Shown here: positions 35,785 to 44,975 of the stretch, piece after piece | Layout: the number at the start of each line of letters is the position of its first letter | Numbering within the stretch: position 1 is the stretch's first letter | Source: Kineosporiaceae bacterium | Lineage (GTDB): Bacteria; Actinomycetota; Actinomycetes; Actinomycetales; Kineosporiaceae | Assembly (NCBI GenBank): GCA_036745175.1 | Contig: DAIOGQ010000001.1 | Span: 1 to 47,460 of the forward strand | DNA: 47,460 bases | Reading direction: 5' to 3' | Position numbers and translations under genes: made by a program | Notes under the pieces: model-generated | The model's input: the letters and a program-made list of their open reading frames with translations, nothing else | What the model was told of the DNA's origin: nothing | Databases searched by the model: none

Positions 35785-36986
35785 GCACGCCCCCGCCCGC
35801 CGCGGACGACACGGCCCTCGGGCGCGCGGCCCGGGACGACAGGTCGCGACGGCCGCGTCAGGGTGCGCTGCGCGCGGACGTCGGCGTCGTCCGCGGGCCG
35901 TTCCGGCTGGACGTGCGGGTCGACGTCGAACCCGGCCAGATCCTCGCCGTCCTCGGCCCGAACGGCGCCGGCAAGACGACGCTGCTGCGGACCCTCGCGG
36001 GCCTCCAGCCGCTGTCCCGCGGCCGGGTCGCCGTCGGCGACGACGTCTGGGACGACGCCGAGGCGGACGTCTTCGTGCCGGCCGTCGACCGCGCCGCGGC
36101 CCTCGTCTTCCAGGACTACCGGCTCTTCCCGCACCTGACGGTCCTCGACAACGTCGCGTTCGCGCGTCGCGCGCGGGGGGCCGGACGGCGCGCGGCCCGC
36201 GCGCACGCGGCCGACGTCCTCGGCCGGCTCGCGCTGACCGACCTGGCGGGCCGTCGGCCCGGCCGGCTGTCCGGCGGGCAGGCCCAGCGGGTCGCGCTCG
36301 CCCGCGCGCTGGCGGCGGACCCGCGGCTGCTCCTGCTCGACGAGCCGCTCGCGGCCCTCGACGCGCGGACCCGGCTCGAGATCCGCACCGTGCTGCGCCG
36401 GTACCTGTCGGCCTTCGACGGCCCCACCCTGGTGGTCACCCACGACCCGCTCGAGGCCATGGTGCTCGCCGACCGGATCCTCGTGCTCGAGGACGGGGTC
36501 GCCGTCCAGGAGGGCACCCCGGGGGCCGTCGCGCGCCGGCCGGTCACCGAGTACGTCGCCCGGCTCGTCGGCCTCAACCTGTACACCGGCACGGTCACCG
36601 ACCGCGCCACGGGCCGTGTCGGGCTCGACGGCGGCGGCACCCTCCACGCCGCCGGCCGCCACCCGGACGACACCGACACCCGCGTCGTCCCCGTGCACGG
36701 CATGCGGATGCTGGTGGCCGTCTCCCCGACCGCCATCTCGCTGTTCACGCACGCGCCCGACGCCGGCTCGGCGCGCAACACATGGACCGGCCGGGTCGCC
36801 GGCCTCGAGCTCCTCACCGACCGGGTCCGGGTCGCCGTCGACGGCACCCCCGACGCCATTGTCGACATCACCCCGGCCGCCCTGGCGGAGCTGGGACTCG
36901 TGACGGGGCAACAGGTCTGGCTGACCGCCAAGGCGACCGAGGTCACCGCCTACCCCGACCCGGGAGGCACCCCTGCCGTGCCGTGA
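35781..36986 (+). CDS. modC: Molybdate ABC transporter ATP-binding protein with C-terminal TOBE
   Basis: GPNGAGKT, LSGGQ, LLLDEP, THD, SARN, KAT; GTGA overlap with modB. Confidence 0.93.
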   Translation: MSTPPPAADDTALGRAARDDRSRRPRQGALRADVGVVRGPFRLDVRVDVEPGQILAVLGPNGAGKTTLLRTLAGLQPLSRGRVAVGDDVWDDAEADVFVPAVDRAAALVFQDYRLFPHLTVLDNVAFARRARGAGRRAARAHAADVLGRLALTDLAGRRPGRLSGGQAQRVALARALAADPRLLLLDEPLAALDARTRLEIRTVLRRYLSAFDGPTLVVTHDPLEAMVLADRILVLEDGVAVQEGTPGAVARRPVTEYVARLVGLNLYTGTVTDRATGRVGLDGGGTLHAAGRHPDDTDTRVVPVHGMRMLVAVSPTAISLFTHAPDAGSARNTWTGRVAGLELLTDRVRVAVDGTPDAIVDITPAALAELGLVTGQQVWLTAKATEVTAYPDPGGTPAVP

Positions 36987-37028
36987 CTGTCCCGGCCGGC
37001 CGGCGAAGCTGCTCGGGTGCCGCAGCGG

Positions 37029-37463
37029 TCACCGATCGGCGCGACCCCGCCGACCGACGGCGAGGACGTGCCCGTCAGGGTCCAGGCTGTAGGCCACCTC
37101 GTCACCCCAGGACCTTGGCGCCAGGGGCGAGAGCTCGCGGGCGCCGCCGGCCAGGGCGCGCTGATGGTAGGCGGCGGGGTCGTCCACGAGCAGGTAGAGC
37201 TCGGCGCGGGGGACGCCGTGCGCGCCAGCCGGGTCGGGCAGCGCCGGCTCGAGCAGAGCTCGGATGCCCGCTTCGGGCATCAACCCGAGCACGGTCGAGA
37301 CCGTCAGGACGAACTCGGTCATCCCGGGCACGTGCAGCCTCGGCGGGTGCTGCAGCACCGCTGACCAGAACGCGGCAGACGCCTCCTGGTCGGCGACGTA
37401 GAGGATCACGTGCGCGACGGCTGCGGGCGCGTCCGGCCCGGGTCCGGGGTTCACCGGGCACAT
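37029..37463 (-). CDS. VOC / glyoxalase family protein
   Basis: HVILYVAD...S-x-x-FW, ELYL-x-VDD, RSWG-x-x-x-AY-x-x-DPDGH; start uncertain. Confidence 0.85.
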   Translation of the reverse strand: MCPVNPGPGPDAPAAVAHVILYVADQEASAAFWSAVLQHPPRLHVPGMTEFVLTVSTVLGLMPEAGIRALLEPALPDPAGAHGVPRAELYLLVDDPAAYHQRALAGGARELSPLAPRSWGDEVAYSLDPDGHVLAVGRRGRADR

Positions 37464-37593
37464 GCTGTCCCATCGGCGCACGGGGCCGCACCACGGGCAC
37501 CGAGACGCCGGCGCGTGAGCCGGCACCCCGGGCGCGGCCCGGCGGAACCGCATCCGCGGGACTACCGGGCCGCATCGCGGTGTTGGCAGCCAC

Positions 37594-37965
37594 ATGGCAG
37601 AGCTGACCGTCGAGCAGATCGCGTACATGGCCTCGCAGATGCTGGGCAGGCTGGCGACCGCGGGCGCGGACCACCGGCCGCACGTGGTGCCGACCTCGTT
37701 CCGGTACAACCCCGACCTCGGCACCGTGGACGTCGGTGGTCACGACGTCGCCAGCACGAAGAAGTACCGCGACGTCCAGGCGACCGGCTGGGCCGCGATC
37801 GTCATCGACGACCTGGTCTCCACCGACCCGTGGGCGCCGCGGATGTTGGAGATCCGAGGCCGGGCCGAAGCGGTCCCGGACGGCGGCGCCCACCTGGGGC
37901 CGGGCTTCGGCGACTCGTTCATCCGCATCCACCCGGAGAAGGTCAACAGCTTCGGTCTGGCGTAG
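37594..37965 (+). CDS. PPOX-class probable F420-dependent enzyme (MSMEG_5819-like)
   Basis: LGRLAT...PHVVP, DVGG, KYR, IDDL-x-S-x-DPW-x-PR-x-LEIRG-x-AE. Confidence 0.88.
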   Translation: MAELTVEQIAYMASQMLGRLATAGADHRPHVVPTSFRYNPDLGTVDVGGHDVASTKKYRDVQATGWAAIVIDDLVSTDPWAPRMLEIRGRAEAVPDGGAHLGPGFGDSFIRIHPEKVNSFGLA

Positions 37966-37993
37966 CGGCCGCGCCGACACGGGGTGGACGAGG

Positions 37994-38024
37994 AGGCGCC
38001 CCGGGCCGTCGGCCCGGGGCGCCT
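37994..38024. terminator. Hairpin between convergent PPOX and nrdJ genes
   Basis: aggcgccccgggcc-gtc-ggcccggggcgcct, perfect 14-bp stem. Confidence 0.7.
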
Positions 38025-38036
38025 GCTCGGTCGGGA

Positions 38037-40910
38037 TCAGCTGCAGCCGCTGGTGCTCCCGCAGCCCTCGCAGACGAAGCACGACCCGGCCGGGCGCATC
38101 TTCGTGCCGCAGGTGAAACAGATCGGTGCGTCGGAGGCGATGCCCACGAGCTTCTCCACGAGCTCGGTGGAGGAGTGCACCTCGACCGGGACCGGCCGCG
38201 CGGAGGCGGCCTCGACGGACGGCGCGGGCTTGTCGGCCTTGGCCTTGGTCGACGGCGCGGACTGCGCGAGGGTCTCGAGGTCCTCCTCGACGCCGTCCTG
38301 GCCGGAGTCGTCGGAGTACGAGCCGGTCTCGAGGTGGCGGGCCCGCTCGGACGCCGTGTAGATGCCCATCGCCGACCGGGTGTCGAAGTCCAGGTAGTCG
38401 AGCGCGAGGCGGCGGAAGACGTAGTCCATGATCGACTGCGCCATCCGGACGTCCGGGTCGTCCGTCAGTCCGGCCGGCTCGAATCGCATGTTGGTGAACT
38501 TCTCGACATAGGTCTCCAGCGGGACGCCGTACTGCAGCGCGATGGAGATGGCGATGGAGAAGGCGTCCATCACACCGGCGAGCGTCGAGCCCTGCTTGCC
38601 GAACTTCAGGAAGACCTCGCCGAGACCGTCGTCCGGGTAGGACCCGGCGGTCAGGTAGCCTTCGGCGCCGCCGACGGCGAACGAGATGGTCTGGCTAGGA
38701 CGGCGCTTGGGCAGCCGCTTGCGGATCGGCCGGTACTCGACGCGGGTCTCCACGACCGTTTCGGTCGTGTCGGCCTTCTTCCCCTTGGCGTCCGACAGCG
38801 GCTGGCCGACCTTGCAGTTGTCGCGGTAGACCGCGAGCGCCTTGAGCCCGAGCTTCCAGCCCTGGAAGTAGACGTCGGCGATCTCGTCGACCGTGGCCGT
38901 CTCGGGCAGGTTGACCGTCTTGCTGATCGCGCCGGACAGGAACGGCTGACAGGCCGCCATCATCCGCACGTGGCCCATCGGCTTGATGGCCCGCTCGCCC
39001 ATCGCGCAGTCGAAGACCTCGTAGTGCTCGTGCCTGAGGCCCGGTGCGTCGACGACGTGCCCGTGCTCGGCGATGTACTCGACGATCGCCTCGACGGTCT
39101 CCTCGGTGTAGCCCATCCTGCGCAACGCCATCGGGATGGTCTGGTTGACGATCTGCATCGACCCGCCGCCGACCAGCTTCTTGAACTTGACGAGCGAGAA
39201 GTCCGGCTCGATGCCGGTGGTGTCGCAGTCCATCATGAAGCCGATGGTTCCGGTCGGTGCGAGCACGCTGGCCTGGGCGTTGCGCCAGCCGGCCTTCTCG
39301 CCGATCGCGTTGCCGAGCTCCCACTCCCGGGTCGCGACCCGGTGCACGTCCTTGTCGAGCGGGCCGACCGTGCGGATCGCGTCGTTCGCCGCGGCGTGCT
39401 TGCGGGTGACGCGGCGGTGCGCCTCGGCGTTGCGCGCGTAGCCCTCGTACGGACCGACGACGCCGGCGAGCTCGGCGGACCGGCGGTACGCCGTCCCGGT
39501 CATGAGCGAAGTGATGGACGCGGCCAGCGCGCGGCCGCCGTCGCTGTCGTAGCCCAGACCCGACGCCATGAGCAGCGCGCCGAGGTTGGCGTAGCCGATG
39601 CCGAGCTGGCGGAACCTGCGCGTCGTGTCGCCGATCGCCTCGGTCGGGAAGTCGGCGAAGCAGATCGAGATGTCCATCGCCGTGATGACGAGCTGGACCG
39701 ACTTCACGAACAGCTCGGCGTCGAACCCCCCGTCGTCGGAGAGGAACTTCATGAGGTTGAGCGACGCGAGGTTGCACGAGGAGTTGTCCAGGTGCATGTA
39801 CTCCGAGCAGGGGTTCGACGCGGTGATCCGGCCCGACTCCGGCGTCGTGTGCCAGTCGTTGATCGTGTCGTCGTACTGGATCCCCGGGTCCGCGCACTCC
39901 CAGGCCGCGGTGGCCATCTTCGCGAAGAGCTCCTTGGCGTCGACCGTCTCGATGACCTCGCCCGTCGTCCGGCCGCGCAGGCCGAACCGCTCGCCGTTCT
40001 CGACGGCACGCATGAACTCGTCGCTCACGCGGACCGAGTTGTTCGCGTTCTGGTACTGGACGCTGACGATGTCCTTGCCACCGAGGTCCATGTCGAAGCC
40101 GGCGTCGCGCAGCGCCCGGATCTTGTCCTCCTCGCGCGACTTCGTCTCGATGAACTCCTCGATGTCGGGGTGGTCGACGTCGAGGACCACCATCTTCGCC
40201 GCGCGCCGGGTGGCCCCGCCGGACTTGATGGTCCCCGCAGAGGCGTCGGCGCCTCGCATGAAGGACACCGGACCGGACGCCGTGCCGCCGCTTGCGAGCA
40301 GCTCCTTCGACGAGCGGATCCGCGACAGGTTGAGGCCGGCTCCGGAGCCGCCCTTGAAGATGAAGCCCTCCTCGCGGTACCAGTTGAGGATCGAGTCCAT
40401 GGAGTCGTCGACCGCGAGGATGAAGCAGGCGGAGACCTGCTGCGGCGCAGGGGTCCCGACGTTGAACCACACCGGCGAGTTGAAGCTGAACACCTGGTGC
40501 AGCAGCATCCAGGTCAGCTCGTGCTCGAAGACCTCCGCGTCGGCGTCCGAGGCGAAGTAGCCGTAGTCCTTGCCGGCCTTGGTGTAGGTCAGCACGACCC
40601 GGTCGATGAGCTGGCGCAGGCTCCACTCACGCGTGGGCGTGCCGACCGCGCCGCGGAAGTACTTCGTCGTGACGATCGTCGAGGCGTTGAGGCTCCACGA
40701 GTCCGGGAACTCGACGCCCTTCTGGTCGAAGATCGTCTCGCCGGACCTCCAGTTCGTCTGGACGACGTCGCGTCGCTCCCACGACACCTCGTCGTAGGGA
40801 TGCACCCCCGCGGTGGTGTAGACGCGCTCGATCGTCAGGCCCTTCCGCTGGACCTTCGGGGTGTCACCCCGGGTCTTGCGGGCCCCAGGGCCGGACGCTG
40901 TCTCCGTCAT
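38037..40910 (-). CDS. nrdJ: Class II (adenosylcobalamin-dependent) ribonucleotide reductase
   Basis: FNSPVWFN, SACFI, SNPCSE (thiyl Cys), SCNLASLNL, APTGTI, AISKTVNLP, C-terminal CxxC...CxxC-GC; no intein visible. Confidence 0.97.
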   Translation of the reverse strand: MTETASGPGARKTRGDTPKVQRKGLTIERVYTTAGVHPYDEVSWERRDVVQTNWRSGETIFDQKGVEFPDSWSLNASTIVTTKYFRGAVGTPTREWSLRQLIDRVVLTYTKAGKDYGYFASDADAEVFEHELTWMLLHQVFSFNSPVWFNVGTPAPQQVSACFILAVDDSMDSILNWYREEGFIFKGGSGAGLNLSRIRSSKELLASGGTASGPVSFMRGADASAGTIKSGGATRRAAKMVVLDVDHPDIEEFIETKSREEDKIRALRDAGFDMDLGGKDIVSVQYQNANNSVRVSDEFMRAVENGERFGLRGRTTGEVIETVDAKELFAKMATAAWECADPGIQYDDTINDWHTTPESGRITASNPCSEYMHLDNSSCNLASLNLMKFLSDDGGFDAELFVKSVQLVITAMDISICFADFPTEAIGDTTRRFRQLGIGYANLGALLMASGLGYDSDGGRALAASITSLMTGTAYRRSAELAGVVGPYEGYARNAEAHRRVTRKHAAANDAIRTVGPLDKDVHRVATREWELGNAIGEKAGWRNAQASVLAPTGTIGFMMDCDTTGIEPDFSLVKFKKLVGGGSMQIVNQTIPMALRRMGYTEETVEAIVEYIAEHGHVVDAPGLRHEHYEVFDCAMGERAIKPMGHVRMMAACQPFLSGAISKTVNLPETATVDEIADVYFQGWKLGLKALAVYRDNCKVGQPLSDAKGKKADTTETVVETRVEYRPIRKRLPKRRPSQTISFAVGGAEGYLTAGSYPDDGLGEVFLKFGKQGSTLAGVMDAFSIAISIALQYGVPLETYVEKFTNMRFEPAGLTDDPDVRMAQSIMDYVFRRLALDYLDFDTRSAMGIYTASERARHLETGSYSDDSGQDGVEEDLETLAQSAPSTKAKADKPAPSVEAASARPVPVEVHSSTELVEKLVGIASDAPICFTCGTKMRPAGSCFVCEGCGSTSGCS

Positions 40911-41188
40911 GTCTGCTGTCCCCTCGACAAGTGCGGGCGTGGCTGCGCCCCTGTGGTGTGGCCGGGTGATGTCCTGCGTGCAGACGTCGTACGTGACGAC
41001 GCCGTGCGTGGTCCGTCGTTTCGGGTGGGTCGTGCGCCTGGCCGTGCGGGTGGGTGGTGCCGGTGGTGCTCGTCGGTCCCGGTGTGCTCGGTGTGCTCGG
41101 TGGTACCGGTGGTGCGCAGCGGTGCTCGTTCACGTCCGTTGGGTGACCGCCGGCGGCGTCGCCTTCCCCTGCGCGCCGCCGGCGGTGG

Positions 41189-41665
41189 TCAGGGGGATCC
41201 GGGCTCGACGCCGGTCGGCTCGCGCTCGGCGCGGAGCATCGTGATCGCCGTCTCGAAGTCCTCGAGGGAGTCGAACGACTGGTAGACGCTCGCGAAGCGC
41301 AGGTACGCCACCTCGTCGAGCTCGCGCAGCGGCCCGAGGATGCCCAGCCCGATGTCGTGCGCGTCGATCTCCGCCGCGCCCGTCGACCGGATCGACTCCT
41401 CGACACGCTGGGCGAGCAGCGCCAGGTCGTCCTCGCCGACCGGCCGTCCCTGGCAGGCCTTGCGCACCCCGGACACGATCTTGGACCGGCTGAACGGCTC
41501 GGAGACGCCGGAGCGCTTGACGACGGTCAGGCTCGCGGTCTCGACGGTGCTGAAGCGGCGGCCGCACTGCGGGCACTGCCGACGTCGGCGGATCGCCGTG
41601 CCGTCGTCGGCGCTGCGCGAGTCGACGACCCGCGAGTCCTGGTTGCGACAGAAGGGGCAGTTCAC
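41189..41665 (-). CDS. nrdR: Transcriptional repressor NrdR
   Basis: [15 protein letters not shown]...RRRRQC-x-x-CGRRF Zn ribbon; ATP cone [28 protein letters not shown]. Confidence 0.97.
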   Translation of the reverse strand: MNCPFCRNQDSRVVDSRSADDGTAIRRRRQCPQCGRRFSTVETASLTVVKRSGVSEPFSRSKIVSGVRKACQGRPVGEDDLALLAQRVEESIRSTGAAEIDAHDIGLGILGPLRELDEVAYLRFASVYQSFDSLEDFETAITMLRAEREPTGVEPGSP

Positions 41666-41827
41666 GGTGCCGCCTCCTCTCGCGTCGTCACCCCGACGGT
41701 TCTGCACCGATCGTCGCCGCCACCCGCGGTCGGCCCCGGGTGGCCACCGGACTCCCGGTCGCCGGTCCTGTGGACGGGCCTGGGGAGTACCTGTGGGAAA
41801 CCCCCGTTCTGCTGGGGATCCACCTGA

Positions 41828-41875
41828 GGACTAGATGTGGATGGCTTACATCGGTGTAACTACTAGATGTGGGGT
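41828..41875 (-). promoter_or_regulatory. Tandem NrdR boxes
   Basis: Minus strand ACCCCACATCTAGTAG (41860-41875) and CATCCACATCTAGTCC (41828-41843), 32 bp apart, just downstream of the promoter. Confidence 0.9.
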
Positions 41876-41877
41876 CA

Positions 41878-41906
41878 ACGCTAAGCCTGTCGGCGGGCGC
41901 ATGCAA
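41878..41906 (-). promoter_or_regulatory. nrdR-nrdJ promoter
   Basis: Minus strand TTGCAT, 17 bp spacer, TAGCGT, immediately upstream of the NrdR boxes. Confidence 0.7.
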
Positions 41907-41986
41907 GCCCGACACGCGTGTCGCGCGATCGCGCCTGGTCACTCGGCGTGTCATCTGACTACACAGAGCGAGTGGGCCCGGGGTGA

Positions 41987-42451
41987 TCAGGGCGCGACGG
42001 GCACGGCGATGCGCTGGCCGGCCCGGAGCGAGGCCGACGGCAGGGCGTTGAGCTCGACGATGCGTGCCACCGTGTCACGGCGGTCGGCGGACGGCGCGAC
42101 CCGGCCGGCGATCTGCCAGAGGGTCTCGCCGGGCTGGACGACGACCTGCTCGGCCGGCACGGGTCGGCTGTCCTCGCCGGCACGAGCCGCCCGACCGCCG
42201 GCGAGGACGATGGCAGCGGTCGTGAGAGCACCGAGCAGGACGACACAGAGCCGGACGACGACCCGCCCGCGACGGGTCAGGCGCAGCCGGGGCCGGGTCG
42301 TACCGGGCGATCGCGTCACCGCCGCGTCGCGCGACGGCGCCACAGGGGCGCCGGGCGCCACCGCGAGGGCCCTGACGACGGGACGGCGCGGACGGGCGGC
42401 GCGCGCCACCGGTCGGCTCGGTGCCGCGGGCCGAAGAACGAGCGTGCTCAT
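41987..42451 (-). CDS. LysM-domain membrane protein divergent from lexA (ChiZ/YneA-like SOS cell-division inhibitor)
   Basis: RLRLTRRGR, one TM helix, LysM VVQPGETLWQIA...I-x-ELN-x-L...LRAGQRIAVP; GGAGG RBS; synteny with lexA and nrdR. Confidence 0.88.
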   Translation of the reverse strand: MSTLVLRPAAPSRPVARAARPRRPVVRALAVAPGAPVAPSRDAAVTRSPGTTRPRLRLTRRGRVVVRLCVVLLGALTTAAIVLAGGRAARAGEDSRPVPAEQVVVQPGETLWQIAGRVAPSADRRDTVARIVELNALPSASLRAGQRIAVPVAP

Positions 42452-42475
42452 GTCTGCCTCCGACGTGGGGAAGGA

Positions 42476-42558
42476 TCGAACCGGTGTTCGATCGAACGTC
42501 TGTACGGTTGTATCACCGGCCACCGACAGAGTCGAGACACGTTCGAACAGATGTTTGA
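42476..42558. promoter_or_regulatory. LexA (SOS) boxes, Gram-positive type CGAAC-N4-GTTCG
   Basis: TCGAACCGGTGTTCGA (42476-42491, perfect), TCGAACGTCTGTACGG (42492-42507), TCGAACAGATGTTTGA (42543-42558). Confidence 0.92.
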
Positions 42559-42618
42559 AGCGTGTCGTGTTCACCCCTACCGTGGCCGGTGGCACCGACA
42601 ACCCGACTGGAGGCGCAC

Positions 42619-43362
42619 ATGAGCCGCGTCGAGCAGCACGACCCGCCCGAGCCGGCCGACGGACCGGGCGCGGAGGTCCGCACGCTCCCCGACGGTCCGG
42701 CGGGGGGCGACGGCCTCACCGCCCGGCAGCGCCGGGTCCTGGAGACCATCCGCGACTGCGTGGCGCGGCGCGGCTACCCACCGAGCATGCGGGAGATCGG
42801 CGAGGCGGTCGGGCTGACCAGCCCGAGCAGCGTCGCCCACCAGCTGACCACGCTCGAGCGCAAGGGCTTCCTGCGCCGTGACCCGAACAGGCCGCGCGCC
42901 ATCGAGGTCATCCTCCCCGGCGACGGCCGCCACGGCGCGGGCGACGACGAGTCCGGCGACGTGACGGGCTCGGGGGACGCGCGGCCGACGCCGTCCTACG
43001 TGCCTGTCGTGGGCCGGATCGCGGCGGGGGGCCCGATCCTCGCCGAGCAGGCCGTCGAAGAGGTGTTCCCGCTCCCCCGCCAGCTCGTCGGTGACGGCCA
43101 GCTGTTCCTGCTCAAGGTGGTCGGCGACTCCATGGTCGACGCGGCGATCTGCGACGGCGACTGGGTGGCCGTGCGGCAGCAGCCGGTGGCCGACAACGGC
43201 GACATCGTCGCCGCCATGATCGACGGCGAGGCGACCGTCAAGACCTTCAAGCGTCGCGACGGGCACGTCTGGCTGATGCCCCACAACAGCGCCTACGCGC
43301 CGATCCCGGGTGACGACGCGACCGTTCTCGGACGGGTCGTCGCAGTGCTTCGGAAGGTGTGA
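42619..43362 (+). CDS. lexA: SOS repressor LexA
   Basis: LTARQ...[10 protein letters not shown]...SPSSV; Ala-Gly cleavage site GRIAAG; catalytic GDSM and ATVK; GGAGG RBS. Confidence 0.98.
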   Translation: MSRVEQHDPPEPADGPGAEVRTLPDGPAGGDGLTARQRRVLETIRDCVARRGYPPSMREIGEAVGLTSPSSVAHQLTTLERKGFLRRDPNRPRAIEVILPGDGRHGAGDDESGDVTGSGDARPTPSYVPVVGRIAAGGPILAEQAVEEVFPLPRQLVGDGQLFLLKVVGDSMVDAAICDGDWVAVRQQPVADNGDIVAAMIDGEATVKTFKRRDGHVWLMPHNSAYAPIPGDDATVLGRVVAVLRKV

Positions 43363-43464
43363 AACCGGGCAACAACACCACATAGAGCGACGGTTCATCA
43401 CGGTCCGTCGACAGATCGTGCCCGTTCGGGCTCGCAGTCCACCGGGCACGGGCTACCCTCGGCC

Positions 43465-43746
43465 GTGTCGATGTCCACGGACGCTGGCCAGGAGGACTAC
43501 CCCGTGCACGCTCTCGACCTCGACGGAACGGTTCGCAGCGTCGTCGCAGCGCAGCTCGACGTGGCCCCCGACCGGCTCACCGGAGACGTCCCGCTCGACG
43601 ACCTCGGGCTGGACGACGACCTCGCGCTGGTGCTGCTGTGCGCGGTCGAGGACGCCCTCGACGTCCGTTTCCCGGACGACTTCTTCGACGGGGTCCACAC
43701 CTACGGCCAGCTGACCACCGCGGTCCGGGTGGCCGTCGGCGGCTGA
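43465..43746 (+). CDS. Acyl carrier protein-like protein lacking the conserved serine
   Basis: Acidic 93 aa with ACP pattern VRSVVAAQL-x-V...L-x-DLGLD-D-DL...AVED-x-LDVRFPDD...T-x-GQL; TACCCT -10 hexamer 5 nt before the GTG. Confidence 0.8.
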   Translation: MSMSTDAGQEDYPVHALDLDGTVRSVVAAQLDVAPDRLTGDVPLDDLGLDDDLALVLLCAVEDALDVRFPDDFFDGVHTYGQLTTAVRVAVGG

Positions 43747-43768
43747 CCGGCCCCACGCTCCCGACGGC

Positions 43769-44845
43769 TCAGCGCACGGTGCTGCCGACGGCTCCGACGC
43801 GATCGAGGGCGGCTGCGGCCAGGTCCACGTCCGCGTCGTCGTTCCACACGTGGAAGGCAAGCCGGACGAGACCTGCGCGACCGGCCACAGTGCAGCCGCC
43901 TGCCTCGAGGGCCGACCGACGGGCGCCGTCCGGGTCCGGCAGCGACACGACGGCCCGACCCGCCGGGTCGAGCCCCAACCTCTCGCGGAGCCCGTCCGCG
44001 AGCCGGGCGTCGTGCCGAAGCACCTCCTCGACGTCGACCGCGGCGAACAGGTCGAGCGCCTCGGCCGCGCCGACCCAGACGTGCCACGCGGGGGAGACGT
44101 CGAAGCGCCGCGCGTCCGCGGCCAGCGTCATGTCGGGCCCGTACACCGACGCCCACACCGACTCCCCCGCGTACCACCCCGCACCCGTGGGCCGGATCCG
44201 GCCCGCGACCTCAGGACGGACGGTGAGGAAGGCCGCGCCACGCGGTGCGCAGAGCCACTTGTACGCCGAGCACACCGTGACGTCGTCGGCGCCGGCGGCC
44301 ACCGGCAGCCAGCCGACCGCCTGGGTGGTGTCGCACACCGTCAGCGCGCCGACCCGCCGGGCAGCGGCGCGCACCGACGCCGCGTCGGCGACCCGCCCAT
44401 CGGCCGACTGGACGAGGGAGTAGACGACGACCGTCGTCGAGGTCCGCACCTCGTCGGCGAGCGCCTCCAGCGGCACGTGCCGCACCGTGACCCCACGGTC
44501 GGCGTGGACCAGGAACGGGAAGACGACCGACGCGAAGTCCCCGTGGACCGCGAGCACCTCGGCGCCGTCGGCCAGCGACGAGGCCAGCAGGCCCATGAGC
44601 ACGCTCGCCTGCGCGCCGACCGCGACGTCGGAGGCCGGGACCCCGACGATCCGGGCGTAGGCCGCCCGGGACCGCGTCACGCAGGCGTCGAACGCGACCG
44701 GGCACGAGCGGCCCGCCTGCCACTCGTCGAGCGCCCCGCGCAGCGCGGTGAGCACCTGGGCGGGCGGCAGGCCGAGGGTCGCAGCGTCGAGGTAGCCCGG
44801 CACGGGGGTGAAGGACGACCGGAGGGCGGCAAAGGCGTCACTCAT
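43769..44845 (-). CDS. Aminotransferase class V PLP-dependent enzyme (cysteine desulfurase/kynureninase-like fold)
   Basis: GYLDAATLGLPP, VQSADG, D-x-TQAVGW, SAYKWLC-x-PRG (PLP lysine), RLAFHVWN; CAGACT 6 nt before the ATG. Confidence 0.9.
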   Translation of the reverse strand: MSDAFAALRSSFTPVPGYLDAATLGLPPAQVLTALRGALDEWQAGRSCPVAFDACVTRSRAAYARIVGVPASDVAVGAQASVLMGLLASSLADGAEVLAVHGDFASVVFPFLVHADRGVTVRHVPLEALADEVRTSTTVVVYSLVQSADGRVADAASVRAAARRVGALTVCDTTQAVGWLPVAAGADDVTVCSAYKWLCAPRGAAFLTVRPEVAGRIRPTGAGWYAGESVWASVYGPDMTLAADARRFDVSPAWHVWVGAAEALDLFAAVDVEEVLRHDARLADGLRERLGLDPAGRAVVSLPDPDGARRSALEAGGCTVAGRAGLVRLAFHVWNDDADVDLAAAALDRVGAVGSTVR

Positions 44846-44975
44846 CCACCCAGTCTGCAGGGGACTCGACGTCACACGACGAGAGGCTTGTGCACTCTGC
44901 GACGGGCGCACGTCACGCGTCGCTCCGCCGGGCGGCTGCCCGACGACCTCGACGGTGACCGGGTCGCGGGCGCCG

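Noticed and set aside
38037..40910. Intein or intron in nrdJ
   Set aside because: Length and motif spacing fit an uninterrupted class II RNR; no splice-junction or homing endonuclease motifs
40911..41188. Cobalamin riboswitch or small gene between nrdR and nrdJ
   Set aside because: No B12-box consensus; only low-complexity repeats (cggtgtgct twice) and no convincing ORF
37410..41285. 1291-aa plus-strand ORF, and similar long ORFs (8496-12212, 27890-31126, 26023-28893, 13455-15995)
   Set aside because: Antisense or off-frame shadows of real genes, expected in very GC-rich DNA; Arg/Pro/Gly-rich with no domain motifs
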